A stretch of DNA of 64,000 bases from NCBI GenBank assembly GCA_963848085.1, contig CAWKCE010000005.1:559667-623666 (forward strand). The letters run 5' to 3'. Of this stretch, positions 35,213 to 46,134 are shown one piece after another. The translations under genes were made by a program, and so were the position numbers. The number at the start of each line of letters is the position of its first letter. The first letter of the stretch is position 1. A model generated the notes under the pieces. It was not told the origin of the DNA and made no database searches. It saw only the letters and a program-made list of their open reading frames with translations. Source of the DNA: an uncultured Actinomycetota bacterium (lineage in GTDB: Bacteria; Actinomycetota; Actinomycetes; JAHEKZ01).

Positions 35213-36183
35213 GTCGACACCGCCTCACCGATGTGGATGCACGCCGCCAACTGGTCGTCGGTCGCCGGGCGCAGGTCGGGCTCGGCCTCGGCGCAGCGAT
35301 CCTCGGCCTCGGGACACCGCGGCCGGAACGGACATCCACTCACCAGCTCGCCGGGCAGCGGAGGGTCCCCCGGCAGCCCTGACGGGGCGAACCGAGAGGT
35401 CATGTCGCCGATCGTGGGGAACGCCGCCGACAGCGCCCGCGTGTACGGGTGCTTCGGGTGCTCGAACACGTCACCGGCGGGTCCCTCCTCCACCACACGG
35501 CCGGCGTACATCACCAGCACCTCGTCGCACGTGGTGGCGAGCACGGACAGGTCGTGACTGATGATCATCAGCGCGAGACCGTGGTCCCTGGCGATTGAGC
35601 TCAGCAGGTCCAGCACCTGTGCCTGCACCATCACGTCGAGCGCGGTCGTCGGCTCGTCTGCGATGAGTACCTGGGGGCGGCAGGCGAGCGCCAACGCGAT
35701 CATCACCCGCTGCTTCTGTCCACCGGACATCTGGTGCGGATAGGCGCTCGCAAGCCGGCCCGGCAGGCCTACTTGCTCCAGGAGCTCCACCACCCGCTTG
35801 CGGGCGGCCTTCTCGCCGACGTCGGCCTCGTGCAGCAGGATCGGCTCCATCAGCTGCTTGTCGACCCGCTGGATCGGGTTCAGCGAGTGCAGCGCACCCT
35901 GGAACACGATCGAAGCCTTGGCCCAGCGCGCCGCGCGCACCTGACCCCACTTCATCGTCAGCACGTCATCGCCGTCGACGAGCACCTCGCCGGTCACCGT
36001 GGCGTCGGCGGGGAACAGCCGCAGCACGGTCGACGCCAGCGTCGACTTGCCGCAGCCGGACTCCCCGGCGACACCCAGGATCTGGCCGGGGTCAAGCGAC
36101 AGGTTGACGCCACGAACCGCCGGGATCGGTCCCTCCTGGGAGCGGTACGTGACGTGGACGTCGCGCATCTCGAGCAGGGCCAT
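35209..36183 (-). CDS. peptide ABC transporter ATP-binding protein (DppD/OppD-like)
   Basis: Walker A 'GESGCGKST', 'MSGGQKQRV'; overlaps downstream ATPase gene by 4 nt. Confidence 0.85.
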   Translation of the reverse strand: MALLEMRDVHVTYRSQEGPIPAVRGVNLSLDPGQILGVAGESGCGKSTLASTVLRLFPADATVTGEVLVDGDDVLTMKWGQVRAARWAKASIVFQGALHSLNPIQRVDKQLMEPILLHEADVGEKAARKRVVELLEQVGLPGRLASAYPHQMSGGQKQRVMIALALACRPQVLIADEPTTALDVMVQAQVLDLLSSIARDHGLALMIISHDLSVLATTCDEVLVMYAGRVVEEGPAGDVFEHPKHPYTRALSAAFPTIGDMTSRFAPSGLPGDPPLPGELVSGCPFRPRCPEAEDRCAEAEPDLRPATDDQLAACIHIGEAVST

Positions 36184-36184
36184 C

Positions 36185-37125
36185 TCAGCGCTCTCCCAAC
36201 CGGGGGTTCAGCACGACCTCGAGCGCCCGCCCGATGAGCGTGAATGCCAGCACGACCAGGATCACGCAGAACCCCGGCGGCAGCAGGTACCACCACGCGC
36301 CGGTGGACGCCGCGCCAGACGCGGAAGCCTTGTCGAGCATGGTCCCCCAGGAGTCGGTGAACGGGTCACCGAGGCCGAGGAACACAAAGTCGTCTCCGAC
36401 AGAGATGACGATGGCGACGGTGAGCGTCGTATTGGCCAGCACCAGCGGCATCACGTTTGGTAGCACGTGCCGCGTCATCTGCTGCCAGTTGGAGTCGCCA
36501 AGCACCTTCGCCCGTTCCAGGTAGGGACGGCCTTCGACGCTGAGAGTCTGGGCACGCACCAGGCGCGCGGTACCGGGCCAGGAGGTGACGCCCAGCACCG
36601 CCACCATGACCCACACTCCGCGGCTGTTGAGCACCGATGCCAGCACGATGACCAGCGGGATGAAGGGGAGGACCAGGAACCAGTCGGTCAGCCGCTCGAG
36701 CAGTGCGCCGAACCACCCCCGAAGTGCCCGCTGCCAATGCCCACCAGGGTCCCGATCATCATGGTGATGATCGACGCCGCGATGCCGACAGTCAGCGAGA
36801 TTCGGGCGCCCCATGCGAGCACGGCGAGAATGGAGCGTCCGTTCTCATCGGTGCCGAGCCAGAACTCCGCGCTGGGGGGTGCATTGGCCGGGTTGCTGAC
36901 CGTCCGGGTGACGTCGAGCATGTCCGGACGGGAACAGCAGCGGCGCCAGAAGGCGATCGCCATGAAGAAGGCGAGGAGGACGACGCCCGCCACCCCGGCC
37001 CGCTGCCGGGAGAACGCCTGGAGGAAGCGTGCGACGGCTCGCCCGCCGCGTTGACGGGACACCGCACGGACTGAGTCCACCGTGACCAGCTCGGCGTCCG
37101 CACCCACGTGTTCGTCGAGGCTCAC
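36185..37125 (-). pseudogene. peptide ABC permease (DppC/OppC-like), frameshift in a C5 homopolymer at 36716-36720
   Basis: N-terminal frame (track ORF 36688..37125) ends '...GIGSGHFGG'; C-terminal frame (36185..36814) resumes 'GWFGALLERLTDWFLVLP'; one more G would restore 'GHFGGWFGAL'. Confidence 0.65.
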
Positions 37126-38090
37126 GTGCGGATCCTCGGGTCGATCGCGGCAATCAGGACGTCGGCGATCACGTTGAAGACGAGGATCGACACCGAGAAG
37201 ATGAGGAACAGCGCCTGCATCAAGGCCAGGTCGTTCTCGTTGACCGCCTCAAACGTCAACAACCCCAGACCGGGGTAGGAGAACACCGTCTCCACCGTGA
37301 TCGCGCCACCGATCACGAAACCCAGGTTCAGGAAGATCAACGTGATGGTGGGCAGCGACGCGTTCGGCACGGCGTGGCGACGCCGAACCAGTCGGTCCAT
37401 CAGCCCCTTCGCCCGCGCGGTGGTGAGGTAGTCCTGCCCGAGCTCGTCGACCATCGACGCGCGCATGATCAGCGAGTACTCCGCCAGGTAGACGACCGCC
37501 AGCGCGCTCGCCGGGAGAACCGTGTGGAACGCGATGCTCTGAATACCCTCGATCGACAGCGGATCCAGCCCCGAATCGATGACACCGAAGCTGGGGAATA
37601 CGCCGGGGAAGATCCAGACGCCGGTCGAGAAGAGCAGGATCAGGATCAGCCCCAGCCAGAACTCCGGGGTTGCGTAGAACAGCAGGGTGACGCCGGTCGA
37701 CGCCTTGTCGAACTTCCCGCCGCGGTTCCAGCCCGCCTTGATCCCGACCCACACTCCGACGACGATCGCGACGATCGTCGACGACCCCAGCAGCACGATC
37801 GTCGGCCAGAACCTGCCCCCGACCAAGTCCCAGACCGGTTCGCCCTTCCACGATGAGACTCCGTTGAGCTGAAGGGGATCCCTGAGGTAGTCCGACGAAC
37901 TGGTTCCACATCGGAGCACTGAGCTCCTCGCGGATGCGGGCAAGCTCAGCCGGGTCGATGTTCCTGACCCCTCGGTACCGCGCAGCCGGGTCGCCAGGCA
38001 GCAGCCGAAACAGGAAGAAGTTCGCGAGCAGCACCCAGACCAGGGTCCCAGCGGCTGCCAGCAGCCGCCTGCCGGTGTAGCGGCCAGGCC
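37122..38090 (-). pseudogene. peptide ABC permease (DppB/OppB-like), frameshift near 37885-37895
   Basis: N-terminal frame 'LLANFFLFRLLPGDPAARYRGVRNIDPAELARIREELSAPMWNQFV' then switch to frame of track ORF 37122..38180 at 'DYLRDPLQLNGVSSWKGEPVWDLVGGRFWPT'; approximate start. Confidence 0.6.
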
Positions 38091-38184
38091 ACCCTTCTTG
38101 GCCTTGGCGCTGGATTCCCGGAGCCCGGCTTCAGGGCCGGACTCCGGGAACTCGTGCGCTGCTACATCACGAATCGCCAACTGA

Positions 38185-40049
38185 TCACTCCACGTCGGCG
38201 TGGGTCGAGCGACGGCCCCTGGTCGCGAACCACGCGACGATGCCGATCAGCGCCGCGGCGGCGATCGCACCGCCGACGATGAGGCCGGCGTTACTGCCCT
38301 CGGAGCTCGCGCTGCTACCGGTGTCAGCTGTCACCGGCTCGATGTTCAGGTACGAGTAGATCCCGTACTGGAACAAGATCGCGCCGTCCGGGTCCGGCTG
38401 CGGGACGAACCCGGTGAACCGGTCGGTGCGGTACGCCTGCAGGTAGTCGTAGTACTCGGTGACGATGTACGCGTTCGCGTCATAGGCCATCTTCTCCATC
38501 TCCATCACGATGGCCGTGCGCTTGTCGCGGTCGATCTCGGTCGACTGCTCCGTGTACAGCTTGTCGTACTCGTCGTTGCAGTAGAAGGCGTCGTTGAGGC
38601 CGGCGTAGATCGTGCCGTCCTTCCACTCGTAGCTCATCTGGTCGCAGGTGAACGTCGACACCTGGTAGTCCGGGTCAGGCTCGACGATCCAGCCCCACTC
38701 GTACATGTCGAACGTGCCCTCACCGGCGATCTCGTACAGCCGGTTCTCCGACACCGTGTCGGCCGTGGAGTCGATGCCGATGTCCTTCAGCCATCCCTGG
38801 AGGAACTTGATCGTCGTCTGCGACGTCTCGGAGTTCTGCCGGGCGTAGAGCTGGTACACCAGCGGGTTCGTCCCGTCGGGCATCGTCCGGATGCCGTCGG
38901 CACCCTTGGTGTAACCCGCGTCATCCAGGATCTGGTTCGCCTTGGCGACGTCGTACGTGACCGGGTTCTCCGGCTCGTAGTGCTCCGGATACAGCGGCGG
39001 GATGATCGAGGTGCCGGGGCTGCCTCGGCCGTCCAACGTACGGCTGACCAGCGCCTCCTTGTCGACCGCGTGGTGGATCGCGAGCCGCACCTGCGGGTCC
39101 TTCAGCGACGGGTGCCCATTGCCGATCGGCGTTCCGTCGACGAGCTGGGCACCCGCGTTGAACGTCAGGTAGTTGAACCCGTAGTACACCGAGGACCGGG
39201 CCTCGATGTTCGGCTGATTCTCGAGCGCCTGCAAACACGTTGCGCGTCGAGGTCGTCGGCGAAGTCGATCTGGCCAGACTCCAGCGCCTGCACCATCGCG
39301 TCGGCGTTGCGGAAGAACGTCGAATTCCACGCCGTCGATCTTGGGTGCCTCGCCCCAGTAGTTGGGGTTGGTCTCGAAGGTGTAGAACTGCGCCCTCGCG
39401 CGCCTCGGTCAGGATGAACGGACCGGAGCCGATGCTGCCGGGAGGCGTCGAGTCGGGCTCGTTCGGGTACTTGCGTACCTCGTTCTCGTCGACCTGCTCC
39501 CAGATGTGTTTCGGCACGATCGGGCACGGACAGCCGCTCCATCAGCGGCGTGACCTTCTTCAGCTGCATGACCACCGTGAACTCGTCAGAGGCCGTCACC
39601 GACTCGATCTGCTTGACGTAGCTGCCCCAGTTGGTCTTCTCGACCTTGCCGTTCATGACGCGCTCGAAGCTGTAGACGACGTCCTCGGACGTCAGGGGCG
39701 TGCCGTCGGAGAAGCTGGCGTTCTGGACGAGGTTGTAGGTCCAGGTCAGGCCGTCCTCCGATGTGTCCCAGGACTCGGCCAGGTTCGGCTCGGGCGCGAA
39801 GTCGGCCGCGCCGTACTTGGTGAGGCTGTCGTAGGTGAGTGCCCACATCTCGTACGCCGCCGCCGTGATGCCCTTGTAGGGGTTCAGCGAGTCGACGTCC
39901 TGCAGCATGCCGACCCGGAAGATCACCGGGTCACCGTCTGCTGCGGTGGCTGTCGACACTCCGCCGAACGCGGCAGCCATCGTCGCCACTAGTCCGGCTG
40001 CGGTCACCACAGCCAGCCGACGAAGACCGGCTCTGCCGTTCCTGAGCAT
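38185..40049 (-). pseudogene. peptide ABC substrate-binding protein (DppA/OppA family 5 SBP) with at least four frameshifts between 39240 and 39530
   Basis: Protein continuity only by hopping frames: 40049 frame to '...LMERLSVP' | 'IVPKHIWEQVD...ILTEAREGA' | 'FYTFETNPNYWGEAPKIDGVEF' | 'FFRNADAMVQALESGQIDFADDLDAQ' | 'LQALENQPNIE...' to 38185; lipoprotein-type signal peptide at N-terminus. Confidence 0.65.
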
Positions 40050-40187
40050 GTGAACTCCCTCCGCGGTCGCCCGGACGCCGCCCGTCGGGCCTACCTCGGA
40101 ACGGAACCTAGCGAGTAACTGACCCGAAGATCAGTCCCCTAGCGCAATCCTTCACCGAATCGGGACCTAACAGACAAGATTGCCTCC

Positions 40188-41375
40188 ATGAGACCGGTCT
40201 TCGTGGTCGATGCCTGCCGATCCCCGCTGGGGAGGGTGGGCGGCGCCCTGGCATCCGTGCGCCCGGACGACCTGGCGGCGTTGATGCTGCGGGCACTCGT
40301 GGCCCGGACGCGTGCTTTCGAGCCGGGGGACGTCGATGACGTCGTCTGGGGCGCGGCCAACCAGGCCGGCGAGGACAACCGGAACGTGGCTCGAATGGCG
40401 GTCCTGCTCGCAGACTGGCCCGAGGCCGTGCCGGGGGTCACGGTGAACCGGCTGTGCGCCTCCGGCATGTCCGCGGTGGTGACCGGAGCCCAGGCGATCG
40501 CGGCCGGCGAGGCCGAGGTGGTGGTGGCCGGCGGTGGGGAGTCGATGACGAGAGCGCCACTCGTGCAGGTCCCCCGCGAGCGCGGCGGCGAAGGCGCCGA
40601 AGCGGACACCCGCCTCGGGTGGCGCCTGGTCAACGCCGAGCTCGACCAGCGCTACCCCGTGATCCGCCTAGGGGACACCGCCGAGGAGGTGGCCCACCAC
40701 TACCAGGTGAGCCGGGGCGACCAGGATGCCGTCGCCCTGTCCTCGCATCGACGGGCGCAGGCTGCGTGGGAGCAGGGGGCTTTCGCCTCCGAGGTGGTGC
40801 CGGTGCCGGGGACCGACGGCCCGGTGTCCCGCGACGAGGGGATCCGCCCCGACACCTCCGCGGAGGCGCTGGCCGGGCTCTCGGCGGCGTTTCGGCCCGG
40901 CGGCAGCGTCACGGCCGGCAACTCCGCCCAGCTGAGCGACGGCGCGGCCGCCGTCCTCCTCGCGACCGAGGGCGTCGTGGAGCGCTGGGGGGTGACACCG
41001 TTGGCCCGCTTCCTCGGCTCGGCGGCGGCCGGGGTGCATCCCCATCTGATGGGGATGGGGCCGGTTCCGGCGACGCAGAAGCTGCTGAGTCGGGCGGGCC
41101 TGACCCTCGCGGCCCTGGACCGGGTCGAGCTCAACGAGGCCTTCGCGTCCCAGGTGGTCGCGTCCGTGCGCGAGCTCGGCCTGGACGCTGAACTGGTCAA
41201 CCGACAAGGTGGTGCGATCGCGCTGGGCCATCCCCTCGGCTGCACCGGAGCCAGGCTGGTCGGCACGCTCGCTCACCAGCTGGCGGCCAACGCCGAGGGC
41301 CGTGGTCTGGCGACGATGTGCGTCGGGGTCGGTCAAGGTCAGTCAGTACTTCTGGAAGGGGTCGGACGTGGGTGA
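40188..41375 (+). CDS. acetyl-CoA C-acyltransferase (thiolase II family)
   Basis: 'VVDACRSPLGRVGGALASVRPDDLAA' N-terminus, catalytic Cys 'NRLCASGMSAV', C-terminal 'GLATMCVGVGQG'. Confidence 0.85.
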   Translation: MRPVFVVDACRSPLGRVGGALASVRPDDLAALMLRALVARTRAFEPGDVDDVVWGAANQAGEDNRNVARMAVLLADWPEAVPGVTVNRLCASGMSAVVTGAQAIAAGEAEVVVAGGGESMTRAPLVQVPRERGGEGAEADTRLGWRLVNAELDQRYPVIRLGDTAEEVAHHYQVSRGDQDAVALSSHRRAQAAWEQGAFASEVVPVPGTDGPVSRDEGIRPDTSAEALAGLSAAFRPGGSVTAGNSAQLSDGAAAVLLATEGVVERWGVTPLARFLGSAAAGVHPHLMGMGPVPATQKLLSRAGLTLAALDRVELNEAFASQVVASVRELGLDAELVNRQGGAIALGHPLGCTGARLVGTLAHQLAANAEGRGLATMCVGVGQGQSVLLEGVGRG

Positions 41376-43296
41376 GGGGCGGCAGGTCGAGCAGCGCATC
41401 CCGATGACGGACGGCATCGAGCTGGCGGTGACGCTGTACCTGCCCGACACCGCCGAGCCACAGCCGTGCATCCTCGAGGCGCTGCCCTACCGCAAGGACG
41501 ATGTCACCTGCACGTACCGGCCCGAATACGTGAGGCTGCGCGACGAGCACGCATACGCCGTCGCCCGCCTCGACCTGCGCGGGACCGGCAGCTCGGGGGG
41601 TGTCGCCTCCGACGAGTACCCGGCCCAGGAGCAGCGCGACCTGACCGAGGTCATCGGCTGGCTCGCCGACCAGGAGTGGTGCACCGGCAAGATCGGAATG
41701 TACGGAACGTCCTACAGCGGCTTCAACTCCATCCAGCTCGCGATGGAACAGGCGCCCGGGCTCGAGGCCATCATCGCGATCTACGCCACTGATGACCGTT
41801 ACACCGACGACGTCCACTACCTCGGTGGGGCGCTGAAGTGGCTCGACCTCATCGACTACTGCCACTACATGACACCGATGAACACCCTGCCTCCGGTGCC
41901 GGCGCTGTTCGGGGAGGGGTGGCGGGACGAGTGGCGGGCGCGGATCGACGCGCACGAGCCGTGGCTGTTCCGGTGGCTCGAGCATCAACGGCGGGATGAC
42001 TACTGGCAGCACGGGTCCCTTCGCCCCGGCTACGACCGGATCCGGATCCCGACGATGCTCATCGCCGGTTGGGCGGACGGCTACCGCAACAACTCGCTGC
42101 GGACGGCCGCCGCGCTGCGCGAGTCGGGCGTCCCCCACCGGGTGCTGTTCGGGCCGTGGGCCCACGCGTCGACGGCGTCGTCACGCCCGGGGCCGCGCAT
42201 CGACAGCGTGCCGGAGATGGCGCGCTGGTGGGACCGCTGGCTGCGGGGGCTCGACGACGGTGCTGGCGGCTGTGCAGTCCCGGGCGCAACCGTGGAGTAC
42301 TTCGCACGGCACTCCACGCCCCCGGAACCGGATCTGGTCGACGTGGACGGACACTGGCGGGCGGAGGTCTGGCCGTCCCCTCGCGTGCGGGATCGGATCC
42401 TGCCGGTGGCCGCGCGGTCGCCGTACGTCGTGCGCCCGGAGGTGGGTACGACGGCGTGGATCTCCTGTGCCGGCCACCCGCCCTACGGCACGCCGTACGA
42501 CCAGCGCCACGACGACGCGGACTCGCTGGTGTGGGAGTGGGATGTTGACGAGCTCGACCTGCTGGGTCACCCGCGGCTCCGGCTGCGGCTGACGAGCAGC
42601 GCGCCGGTGGCCTTCGTGTCCGCCAAGCTGCAGGACGTCTCGCCGGACGGCTCCTCCACCAACGTGTCGCGCACCCTGCTCAACCTGAGCTACCGGAACG
42701 GGTACGCCGTTCCGGAGCCGCTGACCCCCGGCGAGCCGACCGACGTCGAGCTGGAGCTGGACGTCACGTCGTGGGTCTTCGCGCCCGGGCATCGGCTGCG
42801 CCTGGCCGTCGCGGGCGCGGACTGGCCCAACAGCGTCGCCCCGCCACAGCCGCTCGTCCTCGAGGTGTTCACCGGGGAGCTGGTGCTGCCGGTCGTTGCC
42901 GAACCGTCCCCCTTCCCCGCCCCGGTGTTTCGGCCCGGCGACGAGCCGGAGGAGGTGGACCCGTCGGTCACCTGGCGGGTCGAGGACGACGTCCTGCGCC
43001 GGACGACGGCGTGCGAGGTCGACCACGGGTCGCAGTGGGAGACGCCGTACGGCACCGCCACCGACCACTACTGGGGCCGGGTGGAGGTGGACCGGCGAAC
43101 ATTCGACCAGCGAGCCCGGTCGGAGGTGTCGTTTCGCGTCGAGTGGCCGGAGGCGACCGTCACGACGCGGGCAACGCTGGACGTCACCGCCGACGCGGAG
43201 GCGTTCGCGGTGACGGTCCGGTTGGTCGCGCGCGAGGGTGAGGACGTCGTCGGCGAACGGGAGTGGCAACGTCGCTTCCCGCGCGACCTCGCCTGA
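41368..43296 (+). CDS. CocE/NonD-family hydrolase (S15 X-Pro dipeptidyl-peptidase-like alpha/beta hydrolase)
   Basis: 'DGIELAVTLYLPD...ALPYRKDD', nucleophile elbow 'GMYGTSYSG', C-terminal beta-sandwich; GTG start 41368 overlapping thiolase stop. Confidence 0.75.
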   Translation: MGEGRQVEQRIPMTDGIELAVTLYLPDTAEPQPCILEALPYRKDDVTCTYRPEYVRLRDEHAYAVARLDLRGTGSSGGVASDEYPAQEQRDLTEVIGWLADQEWCTGKIGMYGTSYSGFNSIQLAMEQAPGLEAIIAIYATDDRYTDDVHYLGGALKWLDLIDYCHYMTPMNTLPPVPALFGEGWRDEWRARIDAHEPWLFRWLEHQRRDDYWQHGSLRPGYDRIRIPTMLIAGWADGYRNNSLRTAAALRESGVPHRVLFGPWAHASTASSRPGPRIDSVPEMARWWDRWLRGLDDGAGGCAVPGATVEYFARHSTPPEPDLVDVDGHWRAEVWPSPRVRDRILPVAARSPYVVRPEVGTTAWISCAGHPPYGTPYDQRHDDADSLVWEWDVDELDLLGHPRLRLRLTSSAPVAFVSAKLQDVSPDGSSTNVSRTLLNLSYRNGYAVPEPLTPGEPTDVELELDVTSWVFAPGHRLRLAVAGADWPNSVAPPQPLVLEVFTGELVLPVVAEPSPFPAPVFRPGDEPEEVDPSVTWRVEDDVLRRTTACEVDHGSQWETPYGTATDHYWGRVEVDRRTFDQRARSEVSFRVEWPEATVTTRATLDVTADAEAFAVTVRLVAREGEDVVGEREWQRRFPRDLA

Positions 43297-43377
43297 CTCT
43301 CGCCACCCACCGTCGAACACCGGCAGGATGAGCCCCAGCGGGGCTCCCGGGCGTCATCGCGCCCATGGTCAACGGGA

Positions 43378-44748
43378 TTGGGGTTGGGGATGAAGCAGCA
43401 CAAGGTCGTGCTCGACGAGTCGGAGATGCCCACTCAGTGGTACAACGTCGTCCCGGACCTGCCCAGCCCTCCGCCGCCGCCGCTGCACCCCGGGACCGGG
43501 CAGCCGATCGGTCCGGAGGATCTGGCTCCGCTGTTCCCCATGGACCTGATCCTGCAGGAGGTCTCCGGCGACCGCTTCATCGACATCCCGGAGGCGGTCC
43601 AGGACGCCTACCGCCTGTGGCGGCCTTCCCCGCTGTACCGGGCGCATCGCCTCGAGCAGGAACTCGGGACGCCCGCGCGCATCTACTACAAGTACGAGGG
43701 AGTGTCACCGGCCGGCTCGCACAAGCCGAACACCGCCGTGCCCCAGGCCTACTACAACGCGCAGGCGGGCGTTCGGAAGCTGACCACCGAGACCGGCGCT
43801 GGACAGTGGGGGACGGCGTTGGCCTTCGCCTGCTCGCTGTTCGGGCTGGAGTGCGAGGTCTGGCAGGTCGGTGCCTCCTACGACCAGAAGCCGTTCCGCC
43901 GGACGATCATCGAGACGTTCGGCGGCACCGTGCACCGGTCACCGTCCGACCTCACCGAGGCGGGCCGGAGGTTCCGGCTCGACGAGAAGAACTTGTCCGG
44001 ATCGCTGGGCATGGCGATCAGCGAGGCGGTCGAGGTGGCCGCGCAGGACCCGGACGCGAAGTACTCCCTCGGCAGTGTGCTGAACCATGTGCTGCTCCAC
44101 CAGACGATCATCGGGGAAGAGGCACTGAAGCAGCTCGCGAAGGTTGGTGAGGTGCCCGACCTCATCGTCGGCTGCACCGGTGGCGGGTCGAACTTTGCCG
44201 GGCTGTCCTTCCCGTTCCTGCGGGAGAAGCTGGCGGGCACCATGAGCCCGACCATCCGGGCAGTCGAGCCTGCGTCCTGTCCCTCGCTCACGCGCGGCGT
44301 CTACGCCTACGACTTCGGTGACACCGCCGGACTCGCTCCCATGGTGAAGATGCACACCCTCGGCCACGACTTCGTCCCGGACCCGATCCACGCCGGCGGG
44401 CTTCGCTACCACGGCATGTCTCCGCTGATCTCGCACATCTACGAGCTGGGTCTGATGGAGGCCGTCGCCATCGCCCAGACCGAGTGCTTCGAGGCGGGGG
44501 TCCAGTTCGCCCGTACCGAGGGGATCGTGCCGGCGCCGGAGCCCACGCACGCCCTCGCGGAGACCGTTCGTGAGGCACTGCGGTGCAAGGAGTCCGGTGA
44601 GGAGAAGGTGATCCTCACCGCGCTGTGCGGCCACGGTCACTTCGACATGGCGGCGTACGACGCCTACCTCACCGGTCAGATGACCGACGAGGAAGTCAGC
44701 GAGGAGCGCTTCGCCGCCGGCCTGGCCACGGTTCCGCAGCTGACCTGA
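43378..44748 (+). CDS. TrpB2-type tryptophan synthase beta-subunit-like PLP enzyme (standalone)
   Basis: 456 aa; '[29 protein letters not shown]' PLP-Lys region; length and N-extension typical of TrpB2. Confidence 0.85.
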   Translation: MGLGMKQHKVVLDESEMPTQWYNVVPDLPSPPPPPLHPGTGQPIGPEDLAPLFPMDLILQEVSGDRFIDIPEAVQDAYRLWRPSPLYRAHRLEQELGTPARIYYKYEGVSPAGSHKPNTAVPQAYYNAQAGVRKLTTETGAGQWGTALAFACSLFGLECEVWQVGASYDQKPFRRTIIETFGGTVHRSPSDLTEAGRRFRLDEKNLSGSLGMAISEAVEVAAQDPDAKYSLGSVLNHVLLHQTIIGEEALKQLAKVGEVPDLIVGCTGGGSNFAGLSFPFLREKLAGTMSPTIRAVEPASCPSLTRGVYAYDFGDTAGLAPMVKMHTLGHDFVPDPIHAGGLRYHGMSPLISHIYELGLMEAVAIAQTECFEAGVQFARTEGIVPAPEPTHALAETVREALRCKESGEEKVILTALCGHGHFDMAAYDAYLTGQMTDEEVSEERFAAGLATVPQLT

Positions 44749-44750
44749 GG

Positions 44751-44832
44751 CCGAGTGCGCACTCGGCGGCGGAACTCGTCCCCGAGGTGTGCACTCGGCG
44801 CGCACATGTGTCCGCGGAGTGTGCACTCGGCG
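44751..44832. repeat. Three direct copies of an about 17-bp element (C/G)GAGTG(C/T)GCACTCGGCG; the first copy forms a perfect 16-bp palindrome CCGAGTGCGCACTCGG
   Basis: Copies at 44752, 44786 and 44816 in the 116-bp gap between convergent trpB2-like and serS. Confidence 0.6.
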
Positions 44833-44864
44833 CCGGGAGGGGTGGGGCGGGGAAAGGGTGGGGG

Positions 44865-46130
44865 TTAGGGGGTGAGGAGGTCAGTCCCGAGGGCGGGCTG
44901 CAGCGCAGCCGGGACGCGCACCGAGCCGTCGGCCTGCTGGTTGTTCTCCAGGATCGCCACGATCACCCGTGGAATCGCCACCAACGTGCCGTTCAGCGTC
45001 GCCACCGGACTCACCGTCTCCCCGTCCCGCATCCGGACGTTGAGTCGGCGGGCCTGGAACGTCGTGCAGTTCGACGTCGACGTCACCTCGCGGTACTTGC
45101 CCTGCGTGGGGATCCAGGCCTCGCAGTCGAACTTGCGGACCGCGCTCGACCCGAGGTCCCCGGAGGCGACATCGATGACCCGGTACGGGATCTCGAGCGT
45201 GTCCAGGAACGCCCGCTCCCACGCCAGGAGTCGCCGGTGCTCGGCTTCGGCGTCCTCCGGTCGGCAGAAGGTGAACATCTCCACCTTGTCGAACTGGTGG
45301 ACCCGGATGATGCCGCGGGTGTCCTTCCCGTAGGTACCGGCCTCGCGCCGGAAGCACGACGAGATGCCGGCGTAGCGCCGCGGCAGCGACTGCGCGTCGA
45401 GGATCTCGTCCATGTGGTAGGCCGCGAGGGGGACCTCCGACGTCCCGACCAGGTAGAAGTCGTCCTGCTCCAGGTGGAACACGTTCTCCGCCGCCTGGCC
45501 GAGGAACCCGGTCCCCTCCATCGCGGGCGGCTTCACCAGTACCGGAGGGAACATCGGCACGAACCCGGCCGCCACCGCCTGTGCCACGGCCAGGTTCACC
45601 AGCGCCAGCTCGAGAAGAGCACCGGGACCGGTCAGGTAGTAGAAGCGAGCCCCGGAGACCTTGGCGCCCCGTTCGACGTCGATGGCGCCGAGAATCCGGC
45701 CTAGGTCCACATGGTCCTGCGGCTCGAACCCCTCCGCCGCGAAGTCCCGGGGCGTCCCCACGTGCTCGAGGACGGCGAACGCATCCTCATCCCCGACCGG
45801 CACACCGGGCTCCACGACGTTCGACAGCTCCAGGGCGACGGCCCGCAACGAAACCTCGGCGTCCCGCTGCTCCGCCTCCGCGGCCTTCACCTGGGCCGAG
45901 AGCTCCTTGGTCCGGGCCAGCAGCGCCTGCCGCTCGTCGCCCTCCGCCCGAGCGACGTCCTTGCCCAGCGACTTCTGCTCGGCCCGCACGGTGTCGTAGG
46001 CCAGGACCGCCTCGCGACGCCGTTCGTCGGCGGCCAGCACGGCGTCGACCACTGCGGGGTCCTCACCACGGGCGCGCTGCGACTCCCGAACGGTGTCGGG
46101 GTCGTCGCGAAGCCGGCGTAGGTCGTGCAC
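44865..46130 (-). CDS. serS: seryl-tRNA synthetase
   Basis: Class II aaRS motifs, N-terminal coiled coil '[12 protein letters not shown]'; GTG start 46128-46130. Confidence 0.85.
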   Translation of the reverse strand: MHDLRRLRDDPDTVRESQRARGEDPAVVDAVLAADERRREAVLAYDTVRAEQKSLGKDVARAEGDERQALLARTKELSAQVKAAEAEQRDAEVSLRAVALELSNVVEPGVPVGDEDAFAVLEHVGTPRDFAAEGFEPQDHVDLGRILGAIDVERGAKVSGARFYYLTGPGALLELALVNLAVAQAVAAGFVPMFPPVLVKPPAMEGTGFLGQAAENVFHLEQDDFYLVGTSEVPLAAYHMDEILDAQSLPRRYAGISSCFRREAGTYGKDTRGIIRVHQFDKVEMFTFCRPEDAEAEHRRLLAWERAFLDTLEIPYRVIDVASGDLGSSAVRKFDCEAWIPTQGKYREVTSTSNCTTFQARRLNVRMRDGETVSPVATLNGTLVAIPRVIVAILENNQQADGSVRVPAALQPALGTDLLTP

Positions 46131-46134
46131 GCAG

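Noticed and set aside
36700-39530. Programmed ribosomal frameshifting or transcriptional slippage as an explanation for the dpp frame changes
   Set aside because: Six sites in three genes have different local sequences (only one is a homopolymer, C5), with no shared slippery heptamer or downstream structure. Indel errors or pseudogenisation is far more parsimonious.
40139-40633. Alternative-frame ORFs across the thiolase start, and 40454-41191 inside it
   Set aside because: The thiolase frame carries unmistakable family motifs, and the others are Arg/Gly-rich shadows.
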